Shown: positions 61,901 through 64,000 of the stretch, in pieces
Numbering within the stretch: the first letter of the stretch is position 1
Layout of the letters: each line of letters starts with the position of its first letter
Assembly: GCF_030144855.1 (NCBI RefSeq)
Contig: NC_082731.1
Span: 20,460,001 to 20,524,000 of the forward strand
Source of the DNA: Hypanus sabinus
Lineage: Eukaryota
Direction of reading: 5' to 3'
DNA length: 64,000 nucleotides
Notes under the pieces: model-generated
Seen by the model: only the letters and a program-made list of their open reading frames with translations
The model's database searches: none
What the model was told of the DNA's origin: nothing
Position numbers and translations under genes: made by a program

Positions 61901-62975
61901 ACCTCCACTATTCTTGTTAACTGCCATTTCCTATTTACATTACGAACTGAGGAAACGGCTACCTGAAAACGCTTTTCTATCTCCTCGTAGCTTTCCATGG
62001 CTGCTGATTGCTGGGAGAAGGTTTGGGGAGTCAGGGTGATTACAAAGCATTGGAAGTTGCATCACCTAGCCTTTCCTATGGATGACTGTGAACAAGCCAT
62101 AGCCCTACCAAACTAGTTGAAGTCTGAGACCTTGTTATATGTTATCTGACTGCCCAATTGTCTTGGGGTGCCCTAACTTTTGCATGGTTCTCCTTTCCTT
62201 TCTTTCCACTCGAAAATTGTACAAAACAAAAAAACAATACGTTAATATTGCTCAAAATGTTGAAAAGAATGTTTCACCTTTATGGGTTTCTGGAGTTTAG
62301 TTCACTTAAATATTTCAGTAACAGAAACTTTGACCAGTGATGCTCAAACATTAGAATGCCTCTGTATATTCTATACATTTCTCTGACATTAAATGTACCT
62401 ATTTAACCTAACGAACCTATTGTACCCTCAGAGTTCAGGAAAGGTAGTAAACATAAACCAAGGAATCCCTTTGCCAAATTTACAACTTATAGGGAAAGAC
62501 AAGGGTTGATATGTTACTATTCATCCTGATGAGATTGCGAACAATCCAATCCGCACGCTGGTTTTCATCCTATATGAGCTATTGACAGGGTGAATAATCA
62601 GATTCCCTCATGGGATAATTCCGGATTGCGGTGAGCCTGGGGTGTACAGGGATAGCTTGACAAAGTATGTGAACGACCTTTGCATGCAACTTAAAATATT
62701 GTATGTTCGAGCCAAACAACAGCAGCACATTGATGATTAAGAGATCCATTGAGAAAGGAGTTAGTCCTCCCAAAACCGTATGACTAAGTTCTGGTGAGGG
62801 TGTTGCTTGAAAGTGTATGCTCCCAGTTGAATCGGACCACAGAGGGTACTTTCAAAAAGAGTTCATGTGGAGACTTCACGAGTCAACCATTAAAAACAAT
62901 GGATTCAGGTTATACAGTGAGACTAACTTTCGTGTTGCCACCACAGACAAAGCTGGGGAAGGAGTGCAGCTAGTA
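58965..62975 (+). mobile_element. ERV relic (unit V8), split by Tc1
   Basis: ORF 59033..59302 FWICPNNSDTLLRLD (protease C-terminus); INPARTLL ~59304; FVDG ~59423; integrase core ~60065-60280. Confidence 0.75.
60814..62364 (-). mobile_element. Tc1/mariner DNA transposon (paralog of 39666-42395)
   Basis: Left TIR cagtgtcatgcaaacgtttgggcacccc; right end ..atgcctctg|TA; transposase 61419..61998(-) with RSGRPRKLS motif. Confidence 0.88.
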
Positions 62976-64000
62976 ATCATGTAATTATAGAGAATCCAAC
63001 AGATTGACACCTGCCAGCCAAGCCAGAACTGACCACAATTGATGGAAACTGATCCACGGGAAACGGCAAGGTACAGAGTACTGGGATTGGCAGAAACCAG
63101 TATATAACATGCAAAAAGAGTGGTGATAAAAGTACTCTATTCTGACCGCTGCTTACTAAAGATATATGATTGCTTGAAGAGCAGAAAATAGAAAATAATT
63201 TGCAGAAAATGGATCGGAAGGGATTTAGTTCAAATCAGACATATCCGGAGCATGGTAGAATGAGGAAGATTGCAAACGGAATCTGAAGGCAGTTACGCTC
63301 AGACTGAATGGGGAATAGAAGTGGGCTGGCCCCTTTCAGCAGTTGCAGCCAGCGATGGACTCGATAGTTCAACAGGAGGGAAACCAGGCAGAGGTCGCTG
63401 CCGTAATTGAAATGAAAACCACACCAACCCCTTATTGTACATCGATGAGAGGGCCTATGAGCCTGATGAATTTACTTTCCTGCTGCCGCTTGATGGAGAC
63501 ATTATTAGCTGCCAGAGAATGGAGGGATGTAGACAAGGAATTGACTAAGCTTCAGTCGGTCAGCAAAGAAAGAGCCAACAGCCATACGCATGAAGCTGCA
63601 TTTCTAAAGACTGTTGTTTACATTTCTGGACAAACTCTCTGAATAGCATTTTGAAGGTAGCAATTAGGTATGATAGGGTAGATGTACACGCGCCTAGAAG
63701 AATGACGGGAAATTGCGACGGAGGACATTTTTGCTGCATCTCCTAAGGGACTCCACTACCTGCTTCCTCCCTTCCGCTTTCCGCCGGGATTGCTCTTTCC
63801 GCAATTCCTTTTCATTCATTCTCACCACTCAACTTCAAACAGGCACTTACTCTTGTAAGCGGCTTGATAGCTAAACCTGCCTTACTACCCTGGGAGCCGA
63901 ATACGTTTTGGCTATTCTGTGCCTCATTGGCCTGTCCTCCGTTTGCCAGAGGGAAGATATGTGGATGAAAAGCGTCTGACCTGCGGCAGAGGAGAGAGTA

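Noticed and set aside
1-64000. CRISPR arrays, tRNA/rRNA genes, prokaryotic operons
   Set aside because: None seen; the repeats are eukaryotic TE relics, microsatellites and kb-scale segmental duplications.

Overview
Vertebrate genomic DNA, inferred to be cartilaginous fish and possibly a ray from the CR1-dominated repeat content and V-gene style. The window is part of a T-cell receptor alpha/delta-type V-segment array. Eight same-family V segments lie on the + strand, each with a 46-nt leader exon, an 85-86 bp intron, a V exon and a 23-spacer-type RSS. V1, V3, V7 and V8 look intact. V4 has an intact ORF but a damaged RSS. V2, V5 and V6 are pseudogenes. No D, J or C segments were recognised. 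The array grew by tandem duplication of a ~6-kb cassette. Most of the cassette's spacer is a decayed class-I-like endogenous retrovirus (protease, RT deleted, RNase H, D-D35-E integrase) starting ~200 bp after each RSS. A CTCF-like motif lies 20-23 bp 3' of the RSS nonamer, as in mammalian proximal VH genes. It is best preserved in ORF-intact V segments and is deleted or degraded in the three pseudogenes. Later insertions (CR1, Gypsy, Tc1, solo LTR, HERO-like RLE LINE, Rex1), deletions and one inversion record the array's birth-and-death history. There are three assembly gaps. Alignments and translations outside the ORF track were done by eye, and repeat boundaries are approximate.
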